This document shows positions 22,850 through 36,437 of a DNA stretch of 64,000 nucleotides, piece after piece (position 1 is the first letter of the stretch; each line of letters begins with the position of its first letter). The stretch is taken from assembly GCA_046563655.1 (NCBI GenBank), contig CM102287.1:8804001-8868000 (forward strand), given 5' to 3'. A program made the translations under genes and the position numbers. Below the pieces are notes generated by a model. That model was not told where the DNA came from. It saw only the letters and a list, made by a program, of their open reading frames with translations, and ran no database searches. This DNA is from Yuukianura sp. NJ FZ-2021. Lineage: Eukaryota.

Positions 22850-25800
22850 ATGGCAGGATTTACATTGTCTCTTTTGATTTTGGTTTTACTTTCTCTTGCT
22901 GCATCTCAAGAAGTAGACGAAGAGGAAAGGAAAATCTGGAAACCGGAAAGATCAAGTAAGATATAAAACAGAAAATATGTTTTATAAATATTTTTTAGAG
23001 AATATGTTAGAGTAAAAATTAATTTGGTTTTGCTTAGAGTGGATAAAGGGAAGACATCCGAAGAACAAGCAGAGCTTGATTTCTTGGTTGATCGATGGTT
23101 GTTTGATTGATGAAAAGCTGGAACAATCTCCGCTCTCGTGCTCAGCTGAACCGTTTCAAAAACGATTTAGAGAAGATGAAAAGTCTCATCCGCCGGAATT
23201 TCAAAGTTTTGATGGATTTTACAACAATATTTTCAAAATTGATTTAGGAGCTGTCGGTAAGTCCTTGGAGGGAATTTTATTCCGAGACACGAAATATAAA
23301 AGAAAAACAGAAGAGAAAAGACAAGAAAATTTGTCTTCACCCAAAATTTTTCTTTGGCAAAACACTTGAAATCACAAAGAAAAATTCTGTTTTGTACCTC
23401 TTTTAAACCAAATATTGTCGAGAATGAAAAGTAAAATTTTATTTCTTAACTTTAAAGATACTCCATTGTTAAGAAAAGTTCAACCGGTTTATGAAGACAG
23501 TGTGTACGAACCGGTAAAAGGAACACGAAAAAATCCGTTCGTTATTAGTGATTCTCTGATGACACGAAAACCGGATTGTTTTGAAGACGGTAAAACGGTT
23601 GCATGTGGATCAAAAACTGGAAAAACTGCGTTTTTAGTATACTTTGGCCAACAAGTTGTTGAGGAAGTTCTGGATGCACAAAGACCAGGGTGTCCTCCGG
23701 AGTATTTTAACATTGAAATACCAGACTACCATCGATTCAAAGGAGAAACTTTTGATAACAAAACAAACACGAAAAAAATTACCGGGAAAAGTGAAATGCC
23801 GTTTTTGCGATCCCGGTACGATCAAAAAACGGGTCATTCTCCAAGTAATCCTAGACAACAGGCAAGTCCAGCTCAACCAAAAATTCAAAATTTCAGTTTC
23901 AGTTTTCAAAAAACTGTTTTTTTTTGAAACAGTTGAATGAAATTACACCATGGATTGACGGTGGATTAATTTATGGAACATCTAAAGCTTGGGCGGATGT
24001 TTTACGAACGGACAAAAACGGAAAATTGGCGCCGCGGGGTTTACTGGCTTCGGAAGACGACGATGGTTTGTTCCCAGTAAAAAACCGAATTCGACTCCCA
24101 TTGGCCAATCCACCACCGCCAGCTTTACATGACAGATTTGTTCAACACCATCAAACCTCTCCAGTTGACCGGTTTTTTGGTAAAACTTTGTGAAATTTCG
24201 AAATTTTCAATTTTAAAATTTTGAATTTTTGAATTTTAGTCCTTGGAAATCCCCGCGGGAATGAAAATGCGTTTCTGCTAAGCTTTGGAATTGTGCTGTT
24301 TCGGTGGCACAATCAAATTGCTTCTTACTTGGGAACAACTCGGAAGCATTGGAGTAGCGAAAGAGTTTTTCAAGTTTGTTCAAAATTGAAAATTTTCAAG
24401 AAAAAAAATCAAATTTTTTGAAACTTTTTTTAAACTAGGAAGCACGTAAATGGGTAATAGCCACTCATCAATCAATTGTTTTGTACAACTGGCTACCGGA
24501 GTGGTTGGGCGAAGGAATTGAAGCGTACAGTGGCTACAATGCAGCACTCGATCCACAAATTGAACAATTTTTTCAAACTGCCGCCATGCGTTTTGGACAC
24601 ACCTTGGTCACTCCAGGAGCGTACATGCGTGACTACGCCTGTGCAAACTGTAAACCAATAAGCTTTTATGGATTGCCCGACCCTAACAAACCACATCACA
24701 CTTACACTCAACCGTCAAATTTCAATTCCAATCATTCTGTCCGGACTTGCAACATTTTCTGGCGGCCGAAGGTCAGATCCAAGGTTCCTTGACGACAAAT
24801 TGTATTTCTACAACAGGTTGTCTAATACCTCAAGGTTTCCAGAAATCTTACTTCAAAATCTGCACCAATCCCACTTTCATTACATGCAAAAAATTACCAT
24901 AGAAAGGAAGATTTTTTTTCCGAACAAATTTTAAAACTTCCAGTTATTGTACAACCTGGTGTAGAAAAAAATTTTTTGTTAACGAACCTTGGTCAGATAC
25001 AACGACTAGTTCAAGGTGAAAGGTCAAATATTAACCTACCGTACTATGCTTCACAGGAACCAATTCTGATGCACTATGATCATCATCCTTGTACCGGATT
25101 TAAGAACAAGAATGTGACGGACATTGATCCTCTACTTATGGGCATGGCATCACAACGTTGTGAAAGGGAAGATAACATGATTGTTGAAGATTTGCGTGGA
25201 AATGTATTCGGACCACTTGAATTTTCCCGCCGTGATTTGATGGCTGTTAATATTCAGCGTGGGAGAGATCACGGAACACCAGACTACAACACTGCACGAG
25301 CAACTTTTGGTCTTCCAGAGATTCATTCTGTGGCTGATTTTATAAAATACACTTCCACAGCCACTCCCATTGACATTATTAAAAAGATGGAAGAAATCCA
25401 TATGCCGGATGAAGTGATTTGTAAGACAGAACCGGATTCGGAGGCTTGTCGAACCGAAAGAAGAAAGGCTTGGGATAACATTGATGTTTGGGCGGGCGGG
25501 ATTTTGGAAACGTCGGATCGTCCTGGCCCACTTTTCAGAACAATTATCAAAGATCAGTTTACAAGAATTCGAGACGCTGATAGATTTTGGTTTGAAAATA
25601 GGAAATGGAAACATCCGTAAGTTTCAAACAAAAATTAATTTTTAAATTCACTTATATTTAAAGAATTTTGCAAATTTTTCAAATTTTAGACGATTTTCGG
25701 AAGATCAGATCCAGAGACTAAAAGCAGTGACGATTTACGACATGGTTGTTTCTGTAACGCGCATGCTTGAAGAAGACTTGCAAGCAAATCCATTCAGAGT

Positions 25801-28800
25801 TCCACACGAGCCGGAAGGTTTCAAAGATGACATGAGTACGTATTACTTTCTTAGCCTAACATTTCATAACCTTAGTTTACCTTACACCAAGGTTGGTATA
25901 GCGCCCAATTATACAAATACGCTAACAGGTTATGTCATAATTTTGATTTTTTTTTTTTAAGAATTTTTTGAAAGATGCGTTGGTAGGTCAAAACATTTGT
26001 GGAAGAGAAGTCCATGTTGGAAGCAAAATTACAATGAAGAAGGATTTCCTGACGGAAATGTCATGAATTCAACATGCTACCACTTTGCACAAGTACATCC
26101 TTATTTTAGTTTAATATATTTAATAATTTTATTTATATATGTATTATGCTAAAGTAAAGTGTGATTTACCCTCTCTAATTCATAGCTTGACTCCAAATCG
26201 ACTCCTGTCGAACCTTGTTTTAGAATTGGTCACTACGACTACTTCTACGGTTCGGAGGTTTCCTACGTTTTGACTTTTTTGTTCCTCGGAGTAGCAATTC
26301 TTGGTAAAAAAGAAACTTTTTTGAAACACATATTTCGAAAATCGAAATTTCATATTTCATAATTTGCAGGAATCGCATCACTTGTGCCCATGATGGTTGC
26401 ACTAAAGCAGAAACGGAAAGGAAGTGAACTCGTTCAAATGCAGAAAGAGTTTAGACGTACATTTAAAATCTCTGGCAAAAGTGGAACGCCCTACTCTGGT
26501 ATAAAACTGTAAAATTCGAAAAAATTTACCAAAAAAGTAATTTGGATTTTTTTAAATTTTTATTTCATTTCAGGGCGAGAGTGGATAAGCAACAAAGATG
26601 GAACGAGAGCCGTCGCCGTGATTCTCACTGATAAAAATTGCATTGAAGTATACAGTCACAAAAACGAACTTTTGCGTAGCGTCGATTTTTCAGGAAGAGA
26701 AAAAGTTGATATCATTGTTGTATCTGATGGAGTTCATTTAATTATCAAAAATCCCACGGAATATGACTGTGTTCTCGAATTTGATGGAGAGTTGATTCGA
26801 AATTCATTTTTGAATACGATGCGAGAACAGTAAGGAACCAAAAATTTTCATGAATTTACAATTTCTGAAATTTCAACAACTGTCAAACAAATATTATTTT
26901 TAGGCTTGGCGGTATAATACCACTCGTAGAAAGTACGTCAACGTTAAAACAAGCTCTGGCCTCAGCGACGACTAAACACGACCGAATACACCGACTCGAG
27001 AAATTTTTTAGAATCGTCTTTGCGCAGGCCTTCAATATTGACAAACCCGTCGGAAGTAAAAACTTACTCGATCCGAAAACAATTCGCGAAGTGATTCATA
27101 CCGAAATCACGCGAGTGGAGTTCGCTGATGCTCTGGGAATGAATACCAAGTCACAATTTGTTGAAAAGGTTAGGTCATACCCGTCAAATTTCAAAAGTCA
27201 ACTCAATGTTTCTGTTTTTGGTAGATGTTTGGACTAGTTGATCGCGACGGAAACGGATACATCAGTTTCAGGGAATTTCTGGACATGTTGGTAGTATTTG
27301 CTAAAGGAAGTGCAGAGGACAAGGCTCAACTGATGTTTGAAATGTACGATATCGAGAGGGCGGGAATGTTGTCGCTGGACGAATTCAAAAACATGATAAG
27401 GTCAATGATCGAAGCGGCCAATGCTGACGTGAGTGCCGAAGATGTGAACGACCTTGTACAGTCCATGTTGGACTCTGTTGGAGTCAAAGGTCGCAAAGTA
27501 AGTTCACGTATGTAGAAATGTACTTGACTTTTTTCAAAAATTTCCGAAATTTTGTTGTAGTCACAAGTATCCTTGGAAGATTTTCAGCGTATTCTGGGTC
27601 AATATAAAGATACATTGGGTTATGCACAGTTGAATTTCAAAGGTCTAAATGTACCGGAAACCAAAATGACTTCAGTGCGAACCTCGCAGTACGAATCAGC
27701 ACGGGCCGCTGTAATCAGCGTATACGGCGGGTAACTCTACAGACTTTGAACCTAATTCATAATATATTTGTACATATTTGTACATTATATTATATATTAA
27801 GTATTATATAGTTCTAACACATTGTATGCAACTTATAGAAAAGATGTTGATGACCAGCAAATGCGAAAAGACTCAGGACAAGGTCTACTTTTAGCCGACG
27901 ATCGGGATACTACGGTATTTCCGCATGTGAAGAAAAAGAACAAAGTTACCACGTGGTTTGAACTTTACCGCCTCAACATCTTCTGGACTTTGTTGTTTAC
28001 GTTGCTTGTCCTTGCGATATTTGCGGAAAGAGCGTACTGTAAGAACTTCAATTTTGTGGAATTTGTGTAACTTGTCATGTTTCTCAACTTTTTTTTACCG
28101 CTATAGATTACTCTGTTGAACGGGAACATGGCGGGTTACGACGTATTGCTGGATATGGAGTTACTGTAACGAGAGGTGCAGCATCTGTAATAATGTTCTG
28201 CTACTCGGGTTTGCTACTTACAATGTGTCGCAACACGATTACCAACCTACGAGAAACATTCCTCCATCGCTACATTCCATTTGACAACTTTGTCAAATTT
28301 CACAAATATATTTCCTACATAGCACTCCTGTTTACCGTTGTACACACCGTGGGCCATGCCATAAATTTTTACCACATTTCAACACAAACAGCATGTAAGC
28401 AATCTCTCTTTTACTAGAAATTCTACTTCCCTTTTAATTCTTCTCCTAAGGTTATTTTCTTGAACTTAACTTAAAATTGCAAATAACATGTTTGTAGCGG
28501 ATCTGTCATGTCTGTTCAGTGACTATTTCCGAGCGTAAGTCCCTGCGAAATGACAAATATTTGTTTTTATATAATGATAATGAAACTTTGAAACAAAGTA
28601 AAATTTTGTAAAATTTAGAACGCACATCTTACCGAAGTTTCACTACTGGTGTTTCGAAACAATCACAGGAATTACTGGAATATTACTTGTACTACAGGGT
28701 GCATTGATTTACTGTTTTGCTACAACGTATGCTCGTACCTACGTATTCCGATGGTTCTGGAGAACACACAACACTTACCCAATGTAAGCACAAATTTTCA

Positions 28801-31063
28801 AGCAAATTTTCACTTTATCTTTCAAAATTGTCCTTTTTAAGATTTTACGTACTACTGATCCTGCATGGGTCTGGCCGACTGGTTCAAGAACCATTATTTC
28901 ACAACTTCCTACTTGGACCTTTGATTCTATTCGTTTTAGACAGGCTGGTGAGAACCAAAAACACTAATAAAAATAAAATTCTCAAAATTTTGAAAAAAAG
29001 CAACAATTTTTTGTTTAGGTCAGCACAAGTCGAAGAAAAATTGAAATTCCGGTGCTCCGGGCAGAGTTGTTGCCCTCCAGTAAGCAAACCTCAGTGTTTC
29101 ATGAATTACGAAATACAATTAATTAATTCGGCTGTTTTTTAGATGTAACAAAATTGGAATTTGCTCGTCCAACTGGATTTGAGTACAAATCGGGCCAGTG
29201 GGTCCGAATTGCTTGTCTTGCTCTCAATACTGACGAGTATCATCCGTTTACTCTTTCATCAGCACCACATGAACCCTCCCTTACACTACACAGTACGCTT
29301 TTAACTATTCAGTTTAACTTATGTTAATGATGAACTTGTTATAACCAGTGTTGGTGGATATCCACTTTTTCGACATTTCATCCACGGCTGGATATCCAGT
29401 GGAAGAAATGGACGAAATGGATGAATCCAAAGGGGCGGAGCTTTACCCTCTGAATTTGAATTAATTGACAACAAACAACTAAAAAACGTGAAAACACAGT
29501 TCAAAAACTATGTATATATGTTTTTAAATACGTTTTAAATAATATATTAACTATAATCGCGAAAGTAAAGCTTTCTGATATCATTTCGTAAATTTAAATT
29601 TGAATTTGATTTGAATTTCGCGCAAAATTTGTGATTTCTTCCATCCACTTTTAGTTTCGTCCATTTGGGGTGCGTTTCTTCCAGTGGATATCCACTGGAA
29701 GTGGCAATTAAGCCACTGGACGTTTAAGCGTCCACCAACACTGGTTATAACTGTTATTATATGTAATTATGAAAATCTATTTATATTTTTAGTTAGAGCG
29801 GTTGGCCCATTTACAACTAACATTCGCCAAATTTATGAACGGTAAGTGCTTTTGTTTCAATTCAAATATTAATTTCGTTTTATTTTATATGTATTGTATA
29901 ATAATAATTTATATATTATAAAAATATTTCAATATTGCTTGACTCGTTCAGGAGTCTTCCTAAGTTGTACTTGGATGGACCGTATGGAGAGGGGCATCAG
30001 GATTGGTGGAGGTACGAAGTGTCAATCCTCGTTGGTGGTGGGATAGGCAAGTTTCAAAATTTCATAAGATGTGAAATTGTCAGTTACTGGAAAATTGTGT
30101 GACTTTTTTGACGCAAACGTATAGTAATTGTAAAATAATCCAGTTGTTGTTGAAATTTTAGGTGTAACTCCGTTTGCGTCTATTCTGAAGGGTAACAAAT
30201 TTTTGAGCAATCATATCAATTTTGTGGAAATATTTTAAAATGAAGTTTTGTTAGACGTGGCTTCAAACACAAATGTTCGCAACTGTAAGAAAATATATTT
30301 CCTTTGGGTCACGAAGACTCAGAAACAGTTCGAATGGCTGGTGGACATCATTAGGTAACGTTGAGCAACTGCTAATAACATGCATGTAGTTTCACACGAA
30401 CAAATGTGTTGTTAATTCCAGGGAAGTGGAAAAACACAAAATCATTTCAGTTCACATATTTGTGACAGAAATCTACGATAAATTTGACATGCGCACGGTG
30501 CTTCTTGTAAGTATTAAAAAACAGCTTGGCCTTGAAAACAAAAGTTTTGTCAGAAATTCACACCCCATTGTGATTGCCAGCTATATAGTTTTGCTTTGTT
30601 AATGGGTATGGGGGGCAAAAAAGAGCAAAAAATGTTGTTACTTTTTATAAACTGAGTTCATTTTTTTTTAATTTATTACATCACCAGGTTTTTAATTATA
30701 GTATTTGTTTTTTTTTTGATTTGCAGTACATTTGCGAGCGTCACTTTCAGAAAGTTAATAACAAATCGCTGTTTACCGGCCTAAGTGCTGTTTCACATTT
30801 CGGACGACCAAATTTTCTGTCGTTCTTCCGTTCCTTGCGGACAATTCATCCAAATGTAAACATTTATGCAAATTCCTCTTGTTTGAAAAAAAAATATTTT
30901 AAATTTTTGGTTGCAAAAAATTACCTTTCAGGTCTTAAAGTTTGGAGTTTTTAGTTGCGGTCCACTTCCAATGACAAAGACAGTCGACGACACATGTTCC
31001 GTTTGTAACAATGACATTGATAATCGTGGAGCAATTTTTCAACATCACTTTGAAAATTTTTAA
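22850..31063 (+). CDS. Duox: Dual oxidase (peroxidase homology domain, EF-hands, ferric reductase/NADPH oxidase), >25 exons
   Basis: Signal peptide [67 protein letters not shown]-hand [43 protein letters not shown]-terminal HHFENF*. Confidence 0.96.
24780..24991 (+). mobile_element. MITE family A copy at the start of a Duox intron
   Basis: CAAGGTTCCTTGAC...ACGAACCTTG; flanks GTCAGATC / GTCAGATA. Confidence 0.85.
25888..25945 (+). mobile_element. MITE family B left-end fragment in a Duox intron
   Basis: CAAGGTTGGTATAGCGCCCAATTATACAAATACGCTAACAGGTTATGTCATAA resembles 15869-15922; no right end seen. Confidence 0.6.
29346..29743. mobile_element. hAT-type MITE, perfect 8-bp TSD GTTATAAC
   Basis: TIR CAGTGTTGGTGGA / TCCACCAACACTG; GTTATAAC on both sides; internal TGGATATCCA palindromes. 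Confidence 0.88.
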
Positions 31064-31819
31064 GATCGACTACTTCAATCCTACGTTATGGTAAATAAAT
31101 CCCAATTAATCATGAACAAGAAAAATTTATATTTTCAAATTCACTATGAATTTTCACATTTTTGCTTCTGTAATTTGAAACATTCATTTCCTCACAGTCT
31201 ATCAATTTCGTCGCAGTTCGGTTAAATCGAAATACATACAATTACAACTACAATTAATTCATTTAAAAGACTTGGCCTGGTGCTCGACAACACCCTTCCT
31301 TGGTCCGAGCGCATCATTACTGTCATGAAGAAGTGCAACAAACAACTTAATGAATAACCTATCTTTTCACCATTAAGCCTTGGTGTAATTACCTGTTTAC
31401 AGGGTACCATTGGTCAACTAAAAATCAGAAATCAATCAACTCAAACTAGTAATTTGCGTTTTGGAACCGGTTCTATACCAGCTTTAAAAGTCTACGTAAC
31501 TACATATTTGTACAAATAGAGTTTTTTCCTTAGAAAAAGTACATGCTTATTCAGAATCTAACAACGTTTTGCATGGTACGATGTCGTGCTCAACATGGTT
31601 ATTATTGGAAACCCATAATTTAGACTATTTTTCAAGTAAGATTCCATAATTCTTTAGTTTATGATGTAACCAAAGCTACACTTTGTGGACCTTGCTTCTT
31701 CATTAAACTTCAAACAGTTCCATTTCAACTTTCTTTCAACCAACACTTCGAAACCTTCAATTACTCATCCTTGAATATTCTCAGTTATAAACGTGAAACT
31801 TGAGAACATAAATTTACAA

Positions 31820-33090
31820 ATGTCAATTAATGGTTCTGACAACGAAAGTCAACGCAAAACTGAAGCCGAACATGTTATACAACGCTCAATTTCTGCTGGT
31901 AATAGCCGCGTTTTAGATTTTCCGTTCTTTGAGTTCAAGTTTTCCATATTTTTTAAACAAAGAAACTTATTTGAACTTTATTGACAGAAACTGTGGCAGC
32001 AGCGTCTTCTGGATTTTTTACAGGCAAAGTAGAGTTTGACCTCGGGGAAATCTCATTTCCAGGACATGGAGAAGTTCGTATTAAAGGAGAATATCTTCAA
32101 ATTAATTCAAGTCATAAGCGGATTCAATTAGATGATTCAGAACTTCACATTATGAAGACAAACTTGAGAGCTTGGGCGGAACGATTTTTTGAAATGGAGA
32201 CTCAACCAAAATACTTTGACGAAGTGATTATAACTGGATGCTACTCTGCCGCGTTCTTCAATCCATTTCATGCCATTGATTCACCAGAAATGGGGTTTTG
32301 CACAAAATTTATGTTTTGGATTTTTGTTTTAGATGAAATTGTTGAAATGGCTTTGGTTAAGCAAAACCCATTTGAAGATTTCAAACTCGGCTTGAAACAT
32401 TTCATGCAAGTTCTCAGAGGGGAAACATCCAAGATTCTTTTTGAAAATTTGAAATTTCCAAATTTTAAGGCCCTTCTCGACTCTCTTGTGGACATAGATG
32501 AAGGTCTTGAAAAACATATTGTCGGCTACAGAAAAAAGGTTGAGCCATATTGTTTCCAACTTGAGAGGTTTTTTGAAGCTTATGAGTGGTACGCAGCCGC
32601 AGGGAAAATTGACTTTCGTTATTCTGAAGCAACTTTTCTAAATTGGCACAGAATTATTATTTTTGTGGAACAGTGGATTAGTTCCGTGTTGCTTGTTCTG
32701 GATGTACAATTTCCAGTTGACCTTTACTTGACCCCGGCTGTTCGTCGCTATGTTGAAATAGTCAATTCTCAAGTTGCTATTGTCAATGACATCATTGGGG
32801 TCAAAAATGAATTAAGAAGTGGTGCTCCAGATAACTTTTTGTTGTTTAAAATTTACGAAAAAGGGATTCCAGTGGAAGAATCGGTAGAGCAGCTTCTCCA
32901 AATGTATGATAGCGATCTGCAAGAACTATTTTTGTTACGTCAAGGTCTTCTGAAACAGTTCCCGAATAATCCCAGTATCCTGGCATTTCTGGACGTTTGT
33001 GAAGCAGCGCTGGACGGTAATAATCGATTTCATTGCCACTGCCCGCGATACAGTGCTGTCGGCATGGTTAAACTTACTAATTTAAATTAG
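31820..33090 (+). CDS. Class I terpene synthase/cyclase, microbial type (exons 31820-31898, 31988-33090)
   Basis: Asp-rich motif variant FVLDEIVE; candidate pyrophosphate-sensor Arg (NWHR); NSE/DTE motif NDIIGVKNE; C-terminal RY (FHCHCPRY); one in-phase GT-AG intron. Confidence 0.88.
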
Positions 33091-33098
33091 GTTAGGCT

Positions 33099-33388
33099 CA
33101 AGATTGTTTGAAACTTTGTTAGTTTTTTCTTAACAGGCTATACCATATAACTCCTTTTTTTTCTTCATATTTTCAAATTTTTTGAACCACGCATCTGACG
33201 CGGCTCCGTTGCGTTAGCATTCGAAATCAAAACTATGGATCAGCAACGTGAAACTTAAAAAATTTCAAACGATTATTGTGAAAATAAACAAAATTCGTCC
33301 AAAAGTTTATTATTATTATTATTTGAAAATCGGAGTTATGGCATAACCTGTTACGGCATTTGTACAAATGGCCTCTATAGCAACCTTG
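33099..33388 (-). mobile_element. MITE family B copy just after the terpene synthase stop
   Basis: CAAGATTG...TATAGCAACCTTG; flanks GTTAGGCT / GCTAGGAT (6/8). Confidence 0.7.
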
Positions 33389-34067
33389 GCTAGGATTTAT
33401 AGCTACATGTAACTCAATCACTGTAATATGCAATTAAATTACCACAGTCATTTAAACTAATTAACTTTACATCTTATAAATGATTTAACTATGTTCCTCG
33501 ACTCCAAAATTTTGAATGCCCCAAGAAAATCGATTAGCTTCGAGGTCGCTGCTGCAAATACTATAAGGAAATATAGCCTTCCAAGCACAAATTCTTTTTT
33601 TAAAAGTAAGAACTTTCTCCTCATGCTGCATCTCTCTTTTTGCCAAAACTACGAAACTACGCTCTTCTATTGAACAATCGATTTTAAAGTAACAAAATTC
33701 GCAAACATAACAAATACGGTAATATATTGTATCTAATTTGAAAAGGTAAGCAAAATTTGACCTTGTACATAACATTGCTCAAATTCTGAGCAAATTATTT
33801 GATTTTAGGCTAATCGTAAATTTCGTAAGCTAAATACAACTTTATTTTTCAAAACATAACCTATTTATCATTAATTTTTTTTCTATAACCTAAACTTTGA
33901 ACATAAACGCAGGCAAACAACATAGTTTAGTATTTTGTTTTTTAGGTAATCTTAACATTTATTTGAATAAATCTCATGCAATCCTCGGCCTAACTTCACA
34001 TTTTCGCATCTTTAAGTAATATTTTCTGAAAGTTTCTTCTCTATGCTATTTGACAGGAAACTTCAAA

Positions 34068-35075
34068 ATGGACGCAGATGAAGAGTTGATGAAAGATGCA
34101 ATTCAAGAAGGAAACTACGAAGAGGTTCTGAAGCTCTACGACCGGCTCTACCCCGACGACATTTATGTCGCCGAAGAAGGTTTGCCGTATGATCTCTGCT
34201 TAACGCAAAAAGCAAGTCTACTTTCTCAAAACGGGAAATATGACGATGCCATGGTCATCTACAACACAGCTCTCACAATGAAAGTCAGCGAATTCGGTGA
34301 AAAGTCACGCGAGGCCCAAGCCATTCTCCAGTACATTGGCAACGTCCTTCTGGATCAAAATCAACTCAAAGAGGCTCTGGACCTTTTGAATCAAGTTTTG
34401 GAAAACCAAATTGAAATTTTAGGATCCGAGAAAGATCGATCAAAACCGGATGCTTTTGAAACACGTTACTTGATTGCAATGGTGCTGGAACGGCAAGGGA
34501 AGCTTGAAGAAGCTCTGGCACTGTATGAACAAGTTTACGAAGCATTTTCGGAGTTCAACGGACCGGAAGTGGACTACACTGCGCATGTCGGCTTTACAAT
34601 AACTTCAGTTAAACTTAAAATTGCTGCTGAGAAAAACGAAAATCTCGGTTTGACCGAAATTTTAGAAATTGTGGACTACGGTCCATCCGTCCTGGACATC
34701 AAGAGACATTGGGAACACGGGAAAGACACAGTACTGCACAGAGTCGTGAGGTCAAACGTTGCTAACTTTGTTGAAATCGTATTGGACGGGATTCTGAAGG
34801 AATGTGGAGAAGATGATGTCAAAGCGGCGGAATTTTTGAATTTTGAAAATTCTGAAGTCCAAACGCCTTTGACGCTTGGCGTGAAATACTTCTGCGACCA
34901 GAGTGTCAAAATTCTGCTTGAAAAAGGAACGGAGCACGGACTGGACGTGAACAAGGTCACCAAATTTGGCGAAAATGCTATGAAAATTGCAAGTTTGCAA
35001 AGTACTTGCAAAAATACAGAAGTCATCAAAAAGTTGTTGGCTGAATACAATGCAACATTGCCTCTAGATGCCTAA
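34068..35075 (+). CDS. TPR-repeat + ankyrin-repeat protein, intronless CDS
   Basis: Kinesin-light-chain-type TPRs (GKYDDAMVIYNTAL, IGNVLLDQNQLKEALDLLNQVL, QGKLEEALALYEQV) followed by ankyrin motifs (KDTVLH, QTPLTL, VKILLEKG, DVNKVTKFGENAM). Confidence 0.82.
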   Translation: MDADEELMKDAIQEGNYEEVLKLYDRLYPDDIYVAEEGLPYDLCLTQKASLLSQNGKYDDAMVIYNTALTMKVSEFGEKSREAQAILQYIGNVLLDQNQLKEALDLLNQVLENQIEILGSEKDRSKPDAFETRYLIAMVLERQGKLEEALALYEQVYEAFSEFNGPEVDYTAHVGFTITSVKLKIAAEKNENLGLTEILEIVDYGPSVLDIKRHWEHGKDTVLHRVVRSNVANFVEIVLDGILKECGEDDVKAAEFLNFENSEVQTPLTLGVKYFCDQSVKILLEKGTEHGLDVNKVTKFGENAMKIASLQSTCKNTEVIKKLLAEYNATLPLDA

Positions 35076-35358
35076 ATTAACGCGCCTGCCTGGAAAATGC
35101 ATTCAGCTTTCTTGTGAGACTTTAGTTTTGAGTTGTTCAAAATCAAATAAATGCAAAAATATTTAAAATGTTAAAGGAGAAACACAAAACGTTAAGATAT
35201 TTTTTGTTACGGTTGTAACTGAACAATGGAAACGTGTTTGAACTTACCTTCAGTTAATGATTACAGCAGTCATTGTACTTAAGTATATTTAAGTTCTAAC
35301 GATTTTTCTGTTCACTGCATAAAATTTCTTAAACGAAACTTTTGAGAAACCTAATGGT

Positions 35359-35637
35359 CAAGGTGCGTAAACAAAGAAAATGTTTTTGCTACAACAGATT
35401 GTCCAATAACACGGTTTTTTTTTCAATTTTGCGCAAAAAGTTTGAAAAGAGAAAACGATTGAACGTCACCTTCATCTCTATGGCAATTTTTGGGCTTTGT
35501 GCACTTTTTCTATTCTATTTAGTTTGGGAAAAACAATTGCGGGAGGGGGGAAGGTTGAAGCAAGATTTTTGAAAAAAAAACCCGAGGTATTGGACAACCT
35601 GTTGTTGGAAATACAATTCGGTTGTCAAGGAACCTTT
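35359..35637 (-). mobile_element. MITE family A copy, reverse orientation
   Basis: CAAGGTGCGTAAAC...TTGTCAAGGAACCTTT; flanks CTAATGGT / CTAATGAT. Confidence 0.8.
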
Positions 35638-35808
35638 CTAATGATGCTAATGAGTTTAATTATGTTTTTAATTACTTTTTAATTACTTCAGGTTTGATTT
35701 AATAGCCTCAAGTGAGTTAAATTAGCCGATTTCAAATTTACTTAAATAGTACGTAAAACTCACAGAAAAATTAAAAAAAAAAACATTTTCTCGTTTCGAA
35801 TTTCCAAA

Positions 35809-36147
35809 ATGCGTTCCTTTGCTGCGATTGGTTTGTTGGGAGCTTTGGTTGTAGTTTTTGCTCTCGCAAATGTCGAGGGGCTGCGTTCTCCTTTTAATGT
35901 AAGACTTTAGCATAAATATAATCCATAAAAGGCAATTTATGTACTGGCTAATTTAAAATTGAGTTTCTAAAGCTGGTTTGTGAATGTTTAGGAGAAAGGT
36001 GAGAGATATACTGGTGCTCCCTGTAAAACTCAAGCGGAAGTGGACGAATGGAATGCTGGCTACCCGGAAGTTCATTCCTGGAGAATGGGTTACTATCCGT
36101 GCCAAGACGGAGGCGCCTGCGTCAACAACATCTGCCAGCCAGCATGA
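35809..36147 (+). CDS. Secreted 81-aa 4-Cys peptide missed by the ORF track (exons 35809-35898, 35992-36147)
   Basis: MRSFAAIGLLGALVVVFALANVEGLRSPFN/EKGERYTGAPCKTQAEVDEWNAGYPEVHSWRMGYYPCQDGGACVNNICQPA*; homologous to the 38176 and 40140 genes with the same intron position. Confidence 0.85.
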
Positions 36148-36437
36148 ATAAACTTTAACCCGAAATCTCGATCTTCACTAAAAAAATCTAAAAACGCTAA
36201 CTAGTTTTCTTTCAAAGTAATCTTACTCAAAATCAAATTGAATAAAATCGGTGATTCTAAAATTTTTGAAAAGCAATTTTTAATGCATAACGAAAGTATT
36301 TTCATAATTTAATAAAAGAAATTTAAAACAAGCAGTAACGTATCGATTTTTGTTTCACAACGTTTTAGTCAAAAGTTTTTAAACGCAGACAGGAGTACTT
36401 GACACAGTCCAACCAAAATGATTTGATTCAATCTGGC

